Below are positions 19,802-29,473 of a DNA stretch of 64,000 nt, one piece after another. The position numbers were made by a program, and so were the translations under genes. Each line of letters opens with the position of its first letter. Position 1 is the stretch's first letter. The notes under the pieces were generated by a model, which made no database searches, had not been told where the DNA came from, and saw only the letters and a list, made by a program, of their open reading frames with translations. Origin of the DNA: a bacterium (GTDB lineage: Bacteria > Bacillota_I > Bacilli_A > RF39 > UBA660); assembly GCA_029100545.1 (NCBI GenBank), contig JAQXPH010000021.1:10613-74612 (forward strand). Direction: 5' to 3'.

Positions 19802-20652
19802 TAATTATCCTCTTTTAGAAGTTTTGCACTAATAAAATAACCAATTATAAATAAAATAAGTCCAACAGCAAATTCAATTACTTTAATTTTATAATTAAAT
19901 ATTAAAATAATTATATTAATTATTGAGGCAATTACAAAACCTACAATTGCAAAATATGTTTTTATTTTATGTTTATTAAGTAAATATTCCATCAATTTAC
20001 TTACAATAATTATTCCAAGAAGCATACCAATTCCAAATACAATAATTATAAAAATATTAGGATTTAAATTAGTTAAATGCATTGTATCAGAAATTAGTGA
20101 AAGAAGTGGCGTATAGTAACCTAATATTACAAGTATTGCAGATCCACTTACTCCAGGAATAATCATAGTACCCGCAGAAACTAAACCCACTAAAAAGATT
20201 TTTATATATCCCATTAAATTAGTACTTATAATTACTTCACTACTATTTCCCATAAATGAAAGGCTAATTAAAAGTAATGCTCCAATAATAGTACAACCTA
20301 TATTAATTGGACTTATCTTTTTTTCTGTTTTTTTTACAATTAATTGAACTCCACCAAAAATTAAACCTGTAAAAAATAATAAAGTTGCAACTGGATATTT
20401 TTTTAAAGTTATATTTAAAAGTAAACAACAACATATTGCTGAAGCAATAACGCCTAATGCAAAAGAAATAATAAATGTTTTATTTTTCTTAAAAGAAGAA
20501 AAGAAATTATTAATTATATTAATAATTTTTTCATAAATACCCATAGTCATAGCTAATACGGAAGAACTAATTGGAAAAATTATACCAAATCCAATTACAA
20601 ATCCTTTTAAAAATATTATGATTGCGTTTTCATTATTTTTAGTTTTAGTCAT
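19801..20652 (-). CDS. DUF368 family membrane protein (candidate undecaprenyl-phosphate translocase type)
   Basis: IIPGVSGSAILVILGYY plus an N-terminal PISSSVLAMTMGIY half-repeat. Confidence 0.75.
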   Translation of the reverse strand: MTKTKNNENAIIIFLKGFVIGFGIIFPISSSVLAMTMGIYEKIINIINNFFSSFKKNKTFIISFALGVIASAICCCLLLNITLKKYPVATLLFFTGLIFGGVQLIVKKTEKKISPINIGCTIIGALLLISLSFMGNSSEVIISTNLMGYIKIFLVGLVSAGTMIIPGVSGSAILVILGYYTPLLSLISDTMHLTNLNPNIFIIIVFGIGMLLGIIIVSKLMEYLLNKHKIKTYFAIVGFVIASIINIIILIFNYKIKVIEFAVGLILFIIGYFISAKLLKEDN

Positions 20653-21718
20653 CTTTTACCTCAATTTTTTTAATTTCAACTCTATTAATTGAATCAAATT
20701 TCTTTGTAATTTTTTCAGTAGTAGTTGTAAGTTCATCAACACTATTATTTACAGCTTTAATATTTTTTGAAAGTTTTTCCCAACGTTCTTTATATCTTGA
20801 AAATTCAACGCTTAATTTATTTAATTCTTCATGAATTATTTTTGCATATTTATCTCTTTCAATATTTTTAATTATCATGGATATTGTATAAAGCGTTGAT
20901 ATAAGTGTTGTAGGTCCAGTAATCCAAACTTTATTATTATATGCATATGTAATAAGTTCTGGATGATATGCATTTATCTCAGCGAAAATCGCTTCTGCAG
21001 GTAAAAACATTATTGCTTCTTCAGTTGTTACACCAGGTACAATATATTTAGTTTTAATATCATTTATATGTTTTTTTACATCTTGAATAAATAATTTTTC
21101 ATACATATTTCTTTCTTCTTTAGTTTTGGTTTTATCAGTCATTTTTTGATAATTTTCTAAAGGAAACTTACTATCAATTGAAATTGTTCCAAGTGGTGCT
21201 GGAGCAAATAAAATTGCATCGACAACATATCCATTTTCAAACTTATATTGAGTTTTATAAATCCCATTTGAACTGCTACCAAAAGCATTATTTAAAATAT
21301 ATTCTAGACTTACTTCTCCAAAAGTTCCGCGAGTTTTTTTATCTGTAAGTACTCCTTGAAGTGATACAATATCATTACCTAAATCATCAATTTTCTTCTG
21401 GGCTTCATCAATTTTAGAAAGTCTTTCCAATACAGAATTAAATGTTTTATTACTTTTTTCAAAATTTTTATCAAGTCTTTCATTTACCATATCATTAATT
21501 AAAGTAAGTTTTCTTTCAATTCTTTCATTTAACGAATCAAAATCTGAAGTTAAAACTTTAGAAAAATCAAACTTAAAATCTCCAATTGATTTAGTTATAT
21601 CTGTTTCAAATTTTCCTAATTTTTCAATAATATCATTATTATTATTTTTTTTAGTGATTAAAATTATAAGTAAAATTATCACAATTATAATTAAACCAAT
21701 TATTATGTAATCTATCAT
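20645..21718 (-). CDS. rmuC: DNA recombination protein RmuC
   Basis: N-terminal TM, coiled coil, and KKTRGTFGEVSLEYIL...FLPAEAIFAE. Confidence 0.85.
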   Translation of the reverse strand: MIDYIIIGLIIIVIILLIILITKKNNNNDIIEKLGKFETDITKSIGDFKFDFSKVLTSDFDSLNERIERKLTLINDMVNERLDKNFEKSNKTFNSVLERLSKIDEAQKKIDDLGNDIVSLQGVLTDKKTRGTFGEVSLEYILNNAFGSSSNGIYKTQYKFENGYVVDAILFAPAPLGTISIDSKFPLENYQKMTDKTKTKEERNMYEKLFIQDVKKHINDIKTKYIVPGVTTEEAIMFLPAEAIFAEINAYHPELITYAYNNKVWITGPTTLISTLYTISMIIKNIERDKYAKIIHEELNKLSVEFSRYKERWEKLSKNIKAVNNSVDELTTTTEKITKKFDSINRVEIKKIEVKDD

Positions 21719-22119
21719 TTTTCAACCTTTCTCATTATTTGTAATAAAGTATTATCCATTTTAACTGGACTAATATATATTATATTACCATTTTTTAGTT
21801 TAAGTGCAATTCTTTTATATGAAGAAGAATAAAAAGGATGTAAATTATTATCAATATAACATTTTTTTATTTGTTTATATGGTATACGTATTTTTATAAA
21901 ACCAGCTTTTATTAATATATAATTATCCTCTAAAATATATTCTCTAAAATAAAAGAATATCATTAAAGACAATACTATAATTAATAATACTACACCAAAA
22001 ATAAAATAAGTTGCACTTACATTTAAAACTAAAATTATAGTTAAAAATACAAGGCAAATTATAAAATATATTCCAAAAAAAACAAAATTAAAATAGTCAT
22101 AATAATTTTTAATTTTCAT
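21715..22119 (-). CDS. small membrane protein with two TMs and a PH-like C-terminal domain
   Basis: ORF track. The start is set at the ATG after GGGAG. The family call is tentative. Confidence 0.45.
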   Translation of the reverse strand: MKIKNYYDYFNFVFFGIYFIICLVFLTIILVLNVSATYFIFGVVLLIIVLSLMIFFYFREYILEDNYILIKAGFIKIRIPYKQIKKCYIDNNLHPFYSSSYKRIALKLKNGNIIYISPVKMDNTLLQIMRKVEK

Positions 22120-22121
22120 AT

Positions 22122-22790
22122 TTAACTCCCACATCGAATATTATCTACATAAAAATATCCTGTAAATGTTTGTCCTTGTAAACTCGCTTGTGAAGCACTT
22201 AATAAATAAAATTTCAAGTTTATATTCCATGTTTGTGTTGTTCCTGAACCAACATTATCAGAAATAATTGCATCTTTAACAATGACTCTTTTTGCTCCTA
22301 CAGTAGATGTTTTAGGTGTCCAATTAGTATCATATGAAAAATTTAATTCAGAATTATAATTGTTTGTTCCAACATTTTCACCAGTAACTTTTAAAGTTAA
22401 TTCTTTTTGATTTACATCAGTAACAGGAGTATCACCATTACCATAAATTTTACTATCTACATCATATTCAAAAATTATATCATATAAACAACTATAATTA
22501 GTTACATTACCACCCATTATTAAAGTAACATTTAAATTACTATTACTATCAGCAACAACATCACCAGCACTAGCATTGATCATATTAGCAAGTGTTGCAT
22601 GAAGTTCAAGTGGTGTTGAAGTTGAAACAAAAGATGAATTTAAACCTTGTCCTGTTTGGACATTTACGGCTGTTTTATTCCCTACATTTTGAGAAAATGT
22701 ACCAAAATAAGCAAATGATGCACCAGCAACAATAACTAAAAATAAAAATATACAAATAATACTAGTTACATTAATTTTCCCTTTTTCCAT
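22122..22790 (-). CDS. secreted protein with a SipW-type (TasA/camelysin-class) signal peptide
   Basis: The N-terminus ...FLFLVIVAGASFAYFGTFS matches the G-x-x-x-AYF-x signature of SipW-cognate signal peptides. The mature part is Asn/Thr/Gly-rich and looks beta-rich. Confidence 0.45.
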   Translation of the reverse strand: MEKGKINVTSIICIFLFLVIVAGASFAYFGTFSQNVGNKTAVNVQTGQGLNSSFVSTSTPLELHATLANMINASAGDVVADSNSNLNVTLIMGGNVTNYSCLYDIIFEYDVDSKIYGNGDTPVTDVNQKELTLKVTGENVGTNNYNSELNFSYDTNWTPKTSTVGAKRVIVKDAIISDNVGSGTTQTWNINLKFYLLSASQASLQGQTFTGYFYVDNIRCGS

Positions 22791-22832
22791 AATCCATATC
22801 CTTCATATATAATCATACTATATTTTTAAACT

Positions 22833-22870
22833 AAAAAAAAGAACAAATATAAAATTTGTTCTCATTTTTT
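22833..22870. terminator. bidirectional terminator
   Basis: A8-GAACAAAT-ataaa-ATTTGTTC-tcaT6. Confidence 0.6.
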
Positions 22871-22885
22871 GTAAAATATTTTCTA

Positions 22886-24361
22886 TTAATAATATACTAT
22901 TGTAGCAAGAATTAATAGAGCAACAAGCATTAATACTGTAAACATCCAAATATATTTAAACCATGATTTATACTCTATTTTCAAATAAGATAAACCAACC
23001 ATCAATAGTCCACTTACAGGAAATAATACTTGAACAATTCCATATGTTGATACATAAAGTGTATGTATTAATGATATATTTTCAGCATAACTTGCATTTA
23101 AAAATTGTCCAACAACATAACCTGTATATCCTAAATCAGCATGGAAAATAGATGTTACAAATGCAACTGCTGTTGCAATAAATGGATTAAACTTTTTAGT
23201 TAGTCCATAAGCCCAATTAGTTATTGTTGGAATAAATGGGCTCATATATGCTGCAACAAATACTGTATATACTAGTACGTATAAACATACTGGTTTTAGC
23301 ATTTTTTTAGCGCCTTCACCAAAATTTTTAAGGTAATCATTAAATGAAACTTTTTCAACGAATGCAACAATAACTGACATAATTAGTATTATAACCATTA
23401 ACGAAGTAAGTTCAAAATTACCAAATCCAGTAGCTGATGTTCCTAAAATGTATTTAAATAAAGTGAAATCTTCTCCAATATTAAGGCCTGTTAACCAATT
23501 ATGGAATTTATTAAATACAAGTATATTAAAGTTTGTATCCCAACCAATATAGCCTAATACAACAAATACTAAAAGTATTGCAAAAACAACTATCATTGGC
23601 CAAGTAGATACTTTTCCTTTAACATCATCAACTGGATAAGGATCAGCTTCTAAAATACTATCTTCATTTGTCTTTTTCTTTTTAGTTTTTGTTATACGTA
23701 ATACTAATAAAGCTTCATAACCAACAATAGCAATTGCTGCTAAAATAGCACGATAACTTAAACCTGTACTTATTGCTGTACCCATGTAATGATTGATATA
23801 ATATAATCCATCTGTACCATAAGTACATCCAACAATACCTGCAAGAATAGAACCAAATGTTACAGCAAATGTTGTAAGTTTATCAACTTTCATATTTAAT
23901 AAAATAGATATTAAAAATGGTACAAATACTAATATTGCAAAAGTATTTCTTATAAATGAAGAAAGTACAATTAATAAACTTGAAGTAATAACCATAAATA
24001 ATAGTTCTTTACCCTTAAGACGTTTAGCAATATTTTTTACTAATGCTTGATAACTTTTTGTTTTTGATAATACACCATAAAAGCCACCTAGAATGAATAA
24101 ATAAATAAGTGTAGATAAACCAAAATATGCACCATAGTATAGTGATGTTGGAATATCTGTAAGACCTAAACGATTCATTCCATATTCTGCAAATGTTGTA
24201 TTACTAAAATATCCATAAGGGATAATCCAAGTTAAGCAAAATGTAACAAATATTGCAATTAAAAGCCATTTGAATAAATCACCATGTTTGCTTTTACAAG
24301 TTAATACTGCTAAAAATGCTGCAATAGCAAGTACAATAACAATGCCGATAACTATTCCCAT
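22886..24361 (-). CDS. YfcC-family (DcuC-superfamily) polytopic transporter
   Basis: About 12 TM. The N-terminal FVTFCLTWIIPYGYF resembles the YfcC signature LTWIIPAG. Confidence 0.55.
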   Translation of the reverse strand: MGIVIGIVIVLAIAAFLAVLTCKSKHGDLFKWLLIAIFVTFCLTWIIPYGYFSNTTFAEYGMNRLGLTDIPTSLYYGAYFGLSTLIYLFILGGFYGVLSKTKSYQALVKNIAKRLKGKELLFMVITSSLLIVLSSFIRNTFAILVFVPFLISILLNMKVDKLTTFAVTFGSILAGIVGCTYGTDGLYYINHYMGTAISTGLSYRAILAAIAIVGYEALLVLRITKTKKKKTNEDSILEADPYPVDDVKGKVSTWPMIVVFAILLVFVVLGYIGWDTNFNILVFNKFHNWLTGLNIGEDFTLFKYILGTSATGFGNFELTSLMVIILIMSVIVAFVEKVSFNDYLKNFGEGAKKMLKPVCLYVLVYTVFVAAYMSPFIPTITNWAYGLTKKFNPFIATAVAFVTSIFHADLGYTGYVVGQFLNASYAENISLIHTLYVSTYGIVQVLFPVSGLLMVGLSYLKIEYKSWFKYIWMFTVLMLVALLILATIVYY

Positions 24362-24396
24362 ATTCTACCTCCTTACTAAAATTATACTACGATAAA

Positions 24397-24431
24397 AATA
24401 AAAAAAAAAGGAAAAACCTCAAATTTTTCCT
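24397..24431 (-). terminator. rho-independent terminator of lysS
   Basis: The minus strand reads AGGAAAAA-loop-TTTTTCCT followed by T10+. Confidence 0.65.
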
Positions 24432-25918
24432 TATTTATTAATATTTTTCATTGTTGGGAATAAAATTACATCACGTATTGAATCTTGTTCCAAAAATAGC
24501 ATCATCATTCTATCAATGCCAAAACCTATTCCACCAGCTGGAGGCATACCATATTCAAGTGCCTCAACAAAGTCCATATCAATATCATTTGCCTCATCAT
24601 TACCAAGATTTTTTTCTTTAAGTTGCATTTCAAATCTATCAAGTTGAGTAATTGGATCATTAAGTTCTGTGTAAGCATTAGCAAATTCCTTTCCTCCAAT
24701 AAATAATTCAAATCTTTCTACAAATCTTGGATCACTAGGATTAGCTTTTGTAAGTGGACTAATTTCTACAGGATGACCATATAAAAATGTTGGAGCAATT
24801 AAAGTATCTTCAACATACTTTTCAAAAAATAAATTTATAATATGACCAACTGTATGTTCATGTTCAGCAACTTCAATTTTATGTTCGTTAGCTAAAGCAA
24901 GAGCTTCATCAACATTCATTTCTTTACTAAAATCAATTCCAGTTACTTCTTTAATACTATCTACCATACTAATTCTTTTCCAAGGACCGGTTAAATCAAT
25001 TTCGTTACCACACCAATTATAAACCATTTTATTCATTACTTTATTTGCAATTTCTTGAAACATATTTTCAGTTAAATTCATCATACCTTCAAGATCAGAA
25101 TAAGCTAAATATGCCTCCATTAAAGTAAATTCAGGATTATGTTTTGGATCCATACCTTCATTTCTAAAAGTTCTACCTATTTCATAAACAGCTTCCATTC
25201 CTCCAACTAAAAGTCTTTTCAAAGGTAATTCTAATGCTATTCTTAAATACATATCCATGTCTTGAGTATTATGATGAGTTATAAATGGTCTTGCACTTGC
25301 ACCAGTAAGTAATGTTTGAAGTACAGGTGTTTCAACTTCAACAAACCCTTGACTATCCATAAAGTTTTGAATACATCTAATAATTCTAGGTCTAGTAAAT
25401 GCAATATTTCTTGTATCATCATTCATTATTAAATCAACATATCTTCTTCTGTAACGTTCTTCAATATCAGTTAGACCATGAAATTTTTCAGGAAGTGGTC
25501 TTAATGCTTTTACTAAGTGATTATATTCATAACATTTAATAGTTACTTCACCAGTTCCAGTTTTCATTACTTTCCCTTTAACACCCACAATATCTCCAAT
25601 ATCAGCAGTTTTAAATAAAGTATATGTTTCTTCACCAACATCATTTATTGAAATATAAATTTGAATATTTCCTGTTTTATCTTTAATTGAAAAAAATGAT
25701 GCTTTGCCCATCTTACGTATAAACATTATTCTTCCAGCAACAATTTCAATATCTTCACGACTATTAAATTCATCATGGTCAATATTTTCATACTTTTCTT
25801 TGATATCTTTAGCAAAACCAGTTCTTTCAAATTTATGGCCAAATGGATCAATGCCCAAACTTACTAAATTATTTAGTTTATCTCTTCTAACTTGTTCTTG
25901 TTCTGTAAATTCTCTCAT
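24431..25918 (-). CDS. lysS: lysine--tRNA ligase (class II)
   Basis: OB-fold N-domain, FRNEGMDPKHNPEFT, GGIGFGIDRMMM. Confidence 0.95.
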   Translation of the reverse strand: MREFTEQEQVRRDKLNNLVSLGIDPFGHKFERTGFAKDIKEKYENIDHDEFNSREDIEIVAGRIMFIRKMGKASFFSIKDKTGNIQIYISINDVGEETYTLFKTADIGDIVGVKGKVMKTGTGEVTIKCYEYNHLVKALRPLPEKFHGLTDIEERYRRRYVDLIMNDDTRNIAFTRPRIIRCIQNFMDSQGFVEVETPVLQTLLTGASARPFITHHNTQDMDMYLRIALELPLKRLLVGGMEAVYEIGRTFRNEGMDPKHNPEFTLMEAYLAYSDLEGMMNLTENMFQEIANKVMNKMVYNWCGNEIDLTGPWKRISMVDSIKEVTGIDFSKEMNVDEALALANEHKIEVAEHEHTVGHIINLFFEKYVEDTLIAPTFLYGHPVEISPLTKANPSDPRFVERFELFIGGKEFANAYTELNDPITQLDRFEMQLKEKNLGNDEANDIDMDFVEALEYGMPPAGGIGFGIDRMMMLFLEQDSIRDVILFPTMKNINK

Positions 25919-26129
25919 AATATCACCTACACAAGTATTTTAACATAAAAAATACTTATTACCAACAAAAAATAAACAATTATTTTTTTATATCTAATGG
26001 TAACACATCAACTAAAATTAGTATAATTAAAGTTTTAAGTTTATCATAATATTCTTTTTCTTTTATAAATCTTTTAATTTTTCATAATTAAAGGATGATT
26101 TTCATCACCCTTCATATTTTGTTTTTTAA

Positions 26130-26687
26130 TTAAATTTTATAAAGTTTTGTTCTCTTTTTAGTTACATAGTATACGCCAGCGCCAATAACTAAACCAGTTG
26201 CAATAATAATCATTGGAAGACTTGCACCAGTTTCAGGATTTGATGTACCTTGTGAGCCACCATTAATAACTTCAATACTACAATCTTCAGTTGTATTTAC
26301 AGGAACATCAACAGCAATAGTTCCTATTTGAAAACTATCTCCAGTTGCCGTAGAACCATTTTTATCAAATTGACAAGTAATAAGCATTCTTCCTTCTGAA
26401 TCTTTTCCATTATTAGTTGTTGTAGCAACAAACTCACCAAAATCTCCACATGTTGCTGAAGTGATAGCTTTACCTAATCTAAATTTAACAACTTTTTTTG
26501 TTATTGTATGATTTTCAGTATTATTAGTCAAACTAACACTTATACTATAAGTTTTCTTGTCAACACCATTAGTAGTCTCAGTACTTATTGGCAAACTTGA
26601 AACTGTAAGTCTTTCCTCGTATGCATTAACCATTAAAGGCAAACAAAATACTCCCAAAACTAGTAAAAAACTAAAAAACTTTTTCAT
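26130..26687 (-). CDS. small surface protein with a sortase-B-type sorting signal NPETG
   Basis: Signal peptide MKKFFSFLLVLGVFCLPLMVNA. The C-terminus is NPETG + ASLPMIIIATGLVIGAGVYYV + KKRTK (motif, TM, positive tail). Confidence 0.7.
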   Translation of the reverse strand: MKKFFSFLLVLGVFCLPLMVNAYEERLTVSSLPISTETTNGVDKKTYSISVSLTNNTENHTITKKVVKFRLGKAITSATCGDFGEFVATTTNNGKDSEGRMLITCQFDKNGSTATGDSFQIGTIAVDVPVNTTEDCSIEVINGGSQGTSNPETGASLPMIIIATGLVIGAGVYYVTKKRTKLYKI

Positions 26688-26804
26688 CCATCAACTCTCC
26701 TATCTTTATTATGACCTAATTATATCATAAAATTCAAAAAAACAATATATTTTTTAAAAATTTCTATTAAAAAATGTCAATTTGTGTTATCATAAATAAT
26801 ATAG

Positions 26805-28364
26805 GTGAATATAGTGAAGATATTAATTAAAATTAAAAACAATAGATTGCAATTTATCAATAAGAAAAAATTAAATACTGAATATAAAAATATGCTTAAT
26901 ACAAATGTAATTAGTAATAATGAGTTAGTATTTAGTGATGAATATATATTATTAAATCAAAAAATTGTTATAACATTTTTAAACGAGCTTATTAAAACAT
27001 ATTCAATAAATACCTTATCTTTTCAAAATATTGAAGTATTTACAATAATTTATAAATTAATATCAAGAATTAAAATTATTGATTCAATTTATATAGATTC
27101 TGATGAAGTAATGACATATAAATTATGTGAAAAAATAAGTAAATTAAATAATATTAAATATATTAGTTTCGCATATATACCAGCTTATATGTTTGAAATG
27201 CTTGATAAAAATGGTATTATTCCTGAATCAAGAAATGAAATATTGTTTACATCTAATTTTATGGAAACTAATGATTTAAAAACATACTCTGCTATTTTCT
27301 ATAAAAATAGTATTCTATTGGAATTCCCATTATCAAATGAAGATATTGAAGATTTTACTACATTTTGTGATATAAATAGACATTTAAAAATTATTCATGT
27401 TAATAAAATTAATAAATATTTTCTAGAACTTGTACTTAATACTTTAATTAATAATAAACAAAAAAACATTAAAATTATCTTACATGGAGATGAACATGAT
27501 TCACAAGTTATTGATTATCTTAAAAAAAATAATAAAGTAATTAAGAAAAAATATAAAATTTATTTTAAATTAAAATACTCTAAAAAATATATTGAAGAAA
27601 ACATTGCAAGTGAAACAAATAATACTATTCTTAGAACATGTGGTTTAATTATTTTTACAATCGTAATTTTTTCGTTTATTTATGTATTTTATGATAATTA
27701 TAAATCAATGATGAAAGTAAGTAAAATTCAAAATGAAGTTATAAAGTATATTAAGGCTTCAGATACTAAAGATATTGAAAATAATACTCTTTCAAATGGT
27801 CTTCCAATTAAAAATAATTACATTTATTCTTTAAAAGAAATAAATTCCGATGTTGTTGCTTGGCTTAAAGTTAATAATACAAATATTGACTATCCAATAG
27901 TTCAAACACTTGATAATGAATATTACCTTAAATATAATCTTTATCATGAAAAAGACGAAAATGGTTGGCTATTTATGGATTATGATAATGATACTATAAA
28001 AGTTGATGATAATATTATTATCTATGGACACAATAGATATTTAAATGGTGTTATGTTTGGAACACTTAATAAAACACTTTATAAAAATTGGTATACAAAC
28101 AAAGAAAATCAAATTATAAAATTTGATACTCTTTATGGTTCATACCAATATAAGGTATTCTCAATATATATTATTCCAACTACTAGTGATTATTTAGAAA
28201 CAAATTTTAATAATAATGAAGATAAAATAAAATTTTTAAATATGCTTATAGATAGAAGTATTTATGATTTTAATATTGAACTTGATGAAAACAGCAAAAT
28301 TATTACACTATCAACTTGTCAAAGTGATACAACTAGACTTGTTCTTCATGCAGTCTTAGTTTAA
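26805..28364 (+). CDS. srtB: class B sortase fused to a ~270-aa N-terminal cytoplasmic domain
   Basis: The C-terminal ~220 aa carry VAWLKVNNTNIDYPIVQ, IIIYGHNRY and ITLSTCQSD (TLxTC). The TM lies near residues 277-297. The N-terminal domain has an LRR-like periodicity. The start is uncertain (GTG 26805 or GTG 26814). Confidence 0.8.
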   Translation: MNIVKILIKIKNNRLQFINKKKLNTEYKNMLNTNVISNNELVFSDEYILLNQKIVITFLNELIKTYSINTLSFQNIEVFTIIYKLISRIKIIDSIYIDSDEVMTYKLCEKISKLNNIKYISFAYIPAYMFEMLDKNGIIPESRNEILFTSNFMETNDLKTYSAIFYKNSILLEFPLSNEDIEDFTTFCDINRHLKIIHVNKINKYFLELVLNTLINNKQKNIKIILHGDEHDSQVIDYLKKNNKVIKKKYKIYFKLKYSKKYIEENIASETNNTILRTCGLIIFTIVIFSFIYVFYDNYKSMMKVSKIQNEVIKYIKASDTKDIENNTLSNGLPIKNNYIYSLKEINSDVVAWLKVNNTNIDYPIVQTLDNEYYLKYNLYHEKDENGWLFMDYDNDTIKVDDNIIIYGHNRYLNGVMFGTLNKTLYKNWYTNKENQIIKFDTLYGSYQYKVFSIYIIPTTSDYLETNFNNNEDKIKFLNMLIDRSIYDFNIELDENSKIITLSTCQSDTTRLVLHAVLV

Positions 28365-29409
28365 TAATCTCATTGTTTTTCAAAATTCTTTCATCATTAC
28401 TTAAAGATATTGCTCTATTACTATAATCAAGTGCAATATCTTTTTTATTTAAATAAAAAGCACAAATACTATATAAATCATATATAAATCCATTCCAAGC
28501 AAAATCTTCATTTATATAACTTTCACTTTTTTCTTTAATTAAAAATGCTTTATCCAAAAGTTCAATAGACTTTTTATATTCTTTTTGATTATAATATAAA
28601 TTGGCAAGTTCAACATAACTTTCTCTTAAATAAGGCGCTTCTTTAATTGCATTTTCATACCAAAATATTGCTTCTTCTAAATAATTTAATCCCAAATAAC
28701 ATCTAGCCATAAATCTTTTTGAAGCACATCTTTCATCTTTCCACGTTGCATTTTTACATTTTAAATGCTTGTGAAAAGTTTTTATTGCTTTTATATATTT
28801 ATGATAATACATATACTCTCTACCCAAATAATGTAAATTTCGATCATCATTGGGGTCTTCTTTTACACTTAATTCTAAAAGAGGTAAATAATTACTTCTT
28901 GATTTTTTATAATCCTGATAATGATTTAATACAATTCCTTTAATTAAAATTTCTTTTTCTTCTTTTAAAGGTTTCAATACCTCATGAACTGGATGAGTCC
29001 AAATATAATCTTTGGTATGAATTTTATTAATATAAAATGTTGTTGCAGGATTACCATTTTCATCAAAAGACCAGTTATATAAATATCGTACTCTAGTAAC
29101 TCCTTTTAAATAGTCTTCTTCAAGTTTTTTTCGCCACCCTTTTTCAAAACGTTCATCAATGTCAGTACACACATATAAATCATATTTCTTTTTTACCATT
29201 TTAAGAGACTTATTTCTTGCAACATCAAATCTAAATGGATTTATTATTTCTTTTTTTACATGAACACCTAAAGATTTTAATAATTTAACACTATTATCAG
29301 TACTTCCTGTATCAAGAACATAAATATCATCAGCTTCACTCATACTTTCTTGCCATAAAGGAATATTTTTTTCTTCATTTTTGCATATTGCATAAACACA
29401 TATTTTCAT
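28333..29409 (-). CDS. family-2 glycosyltransferase fused to TPR repeats
   Basis: YAICKNEEKNIPLWQESMSEADDIYVLDTGSTDNS (GT2), then TPR-like YLGREYMYYHKY, ARCYLGLNYLEEAIFWYENAI, LANLYYNQKEYKKSIELLDKA. The convergent 32-nt overlap with the sortase gene is noted. Confidence 0.8.
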   Translation of the reverse strand: MKICVYAICKNEEKNIPLWQESMSEADDIYVLDTGSTDNSVKLLKSLGVHVKKEIINPFRFDVARNKSLKMVKKKYDLYVCTDIDERFEKGWRKKLEEDYLKGVTRVRYLYNWSFDENGNPATTFYINKIHTKDYIWTHPVHEVLKPLKEEKEILIKGIVLNHYQDYKKSRSNYLPLLELSVKEDPNDDRNLHYLGREYMYYHKYIKAIKTFHKHLKCKNATWKDERCASKRFMARCYLGLNYLEEAIFWYENAIKEAPYLRESYVELANLYYNQKEYKKSIELLDKAFLIKEKSESYINEDFAWNGFIYDLYSICAFYLNKKDIALDYSNRAISLSNDERILKNNEIIKLRLHEEQV

Positions 29410-29473
29410 TTGTCACCATAATATTTTATGCAATAAAAATATTTATAACCATGAAAAAAGTACTATATAGTAC

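Noticed and set aside
25919-26129. T-box or other leader upstream of lysS
   Set aside because: No T-box sequence (GGTGGTACCGCG-like) or terminator/antiterminator pair was found. The region contains only a promoter-like TTGTTG...TGTTAAAAT.
28333-28364. 32-nt convergent overlap of the sortase and GT2-TPR genes, and 14-nt overlap of yolD with the repeat-protein gene (49535-49548), as possible antisense regulation
   Set aside because: Short 3'-end overlaps are common in compact AT-rich genomes. There is no additional evidence.
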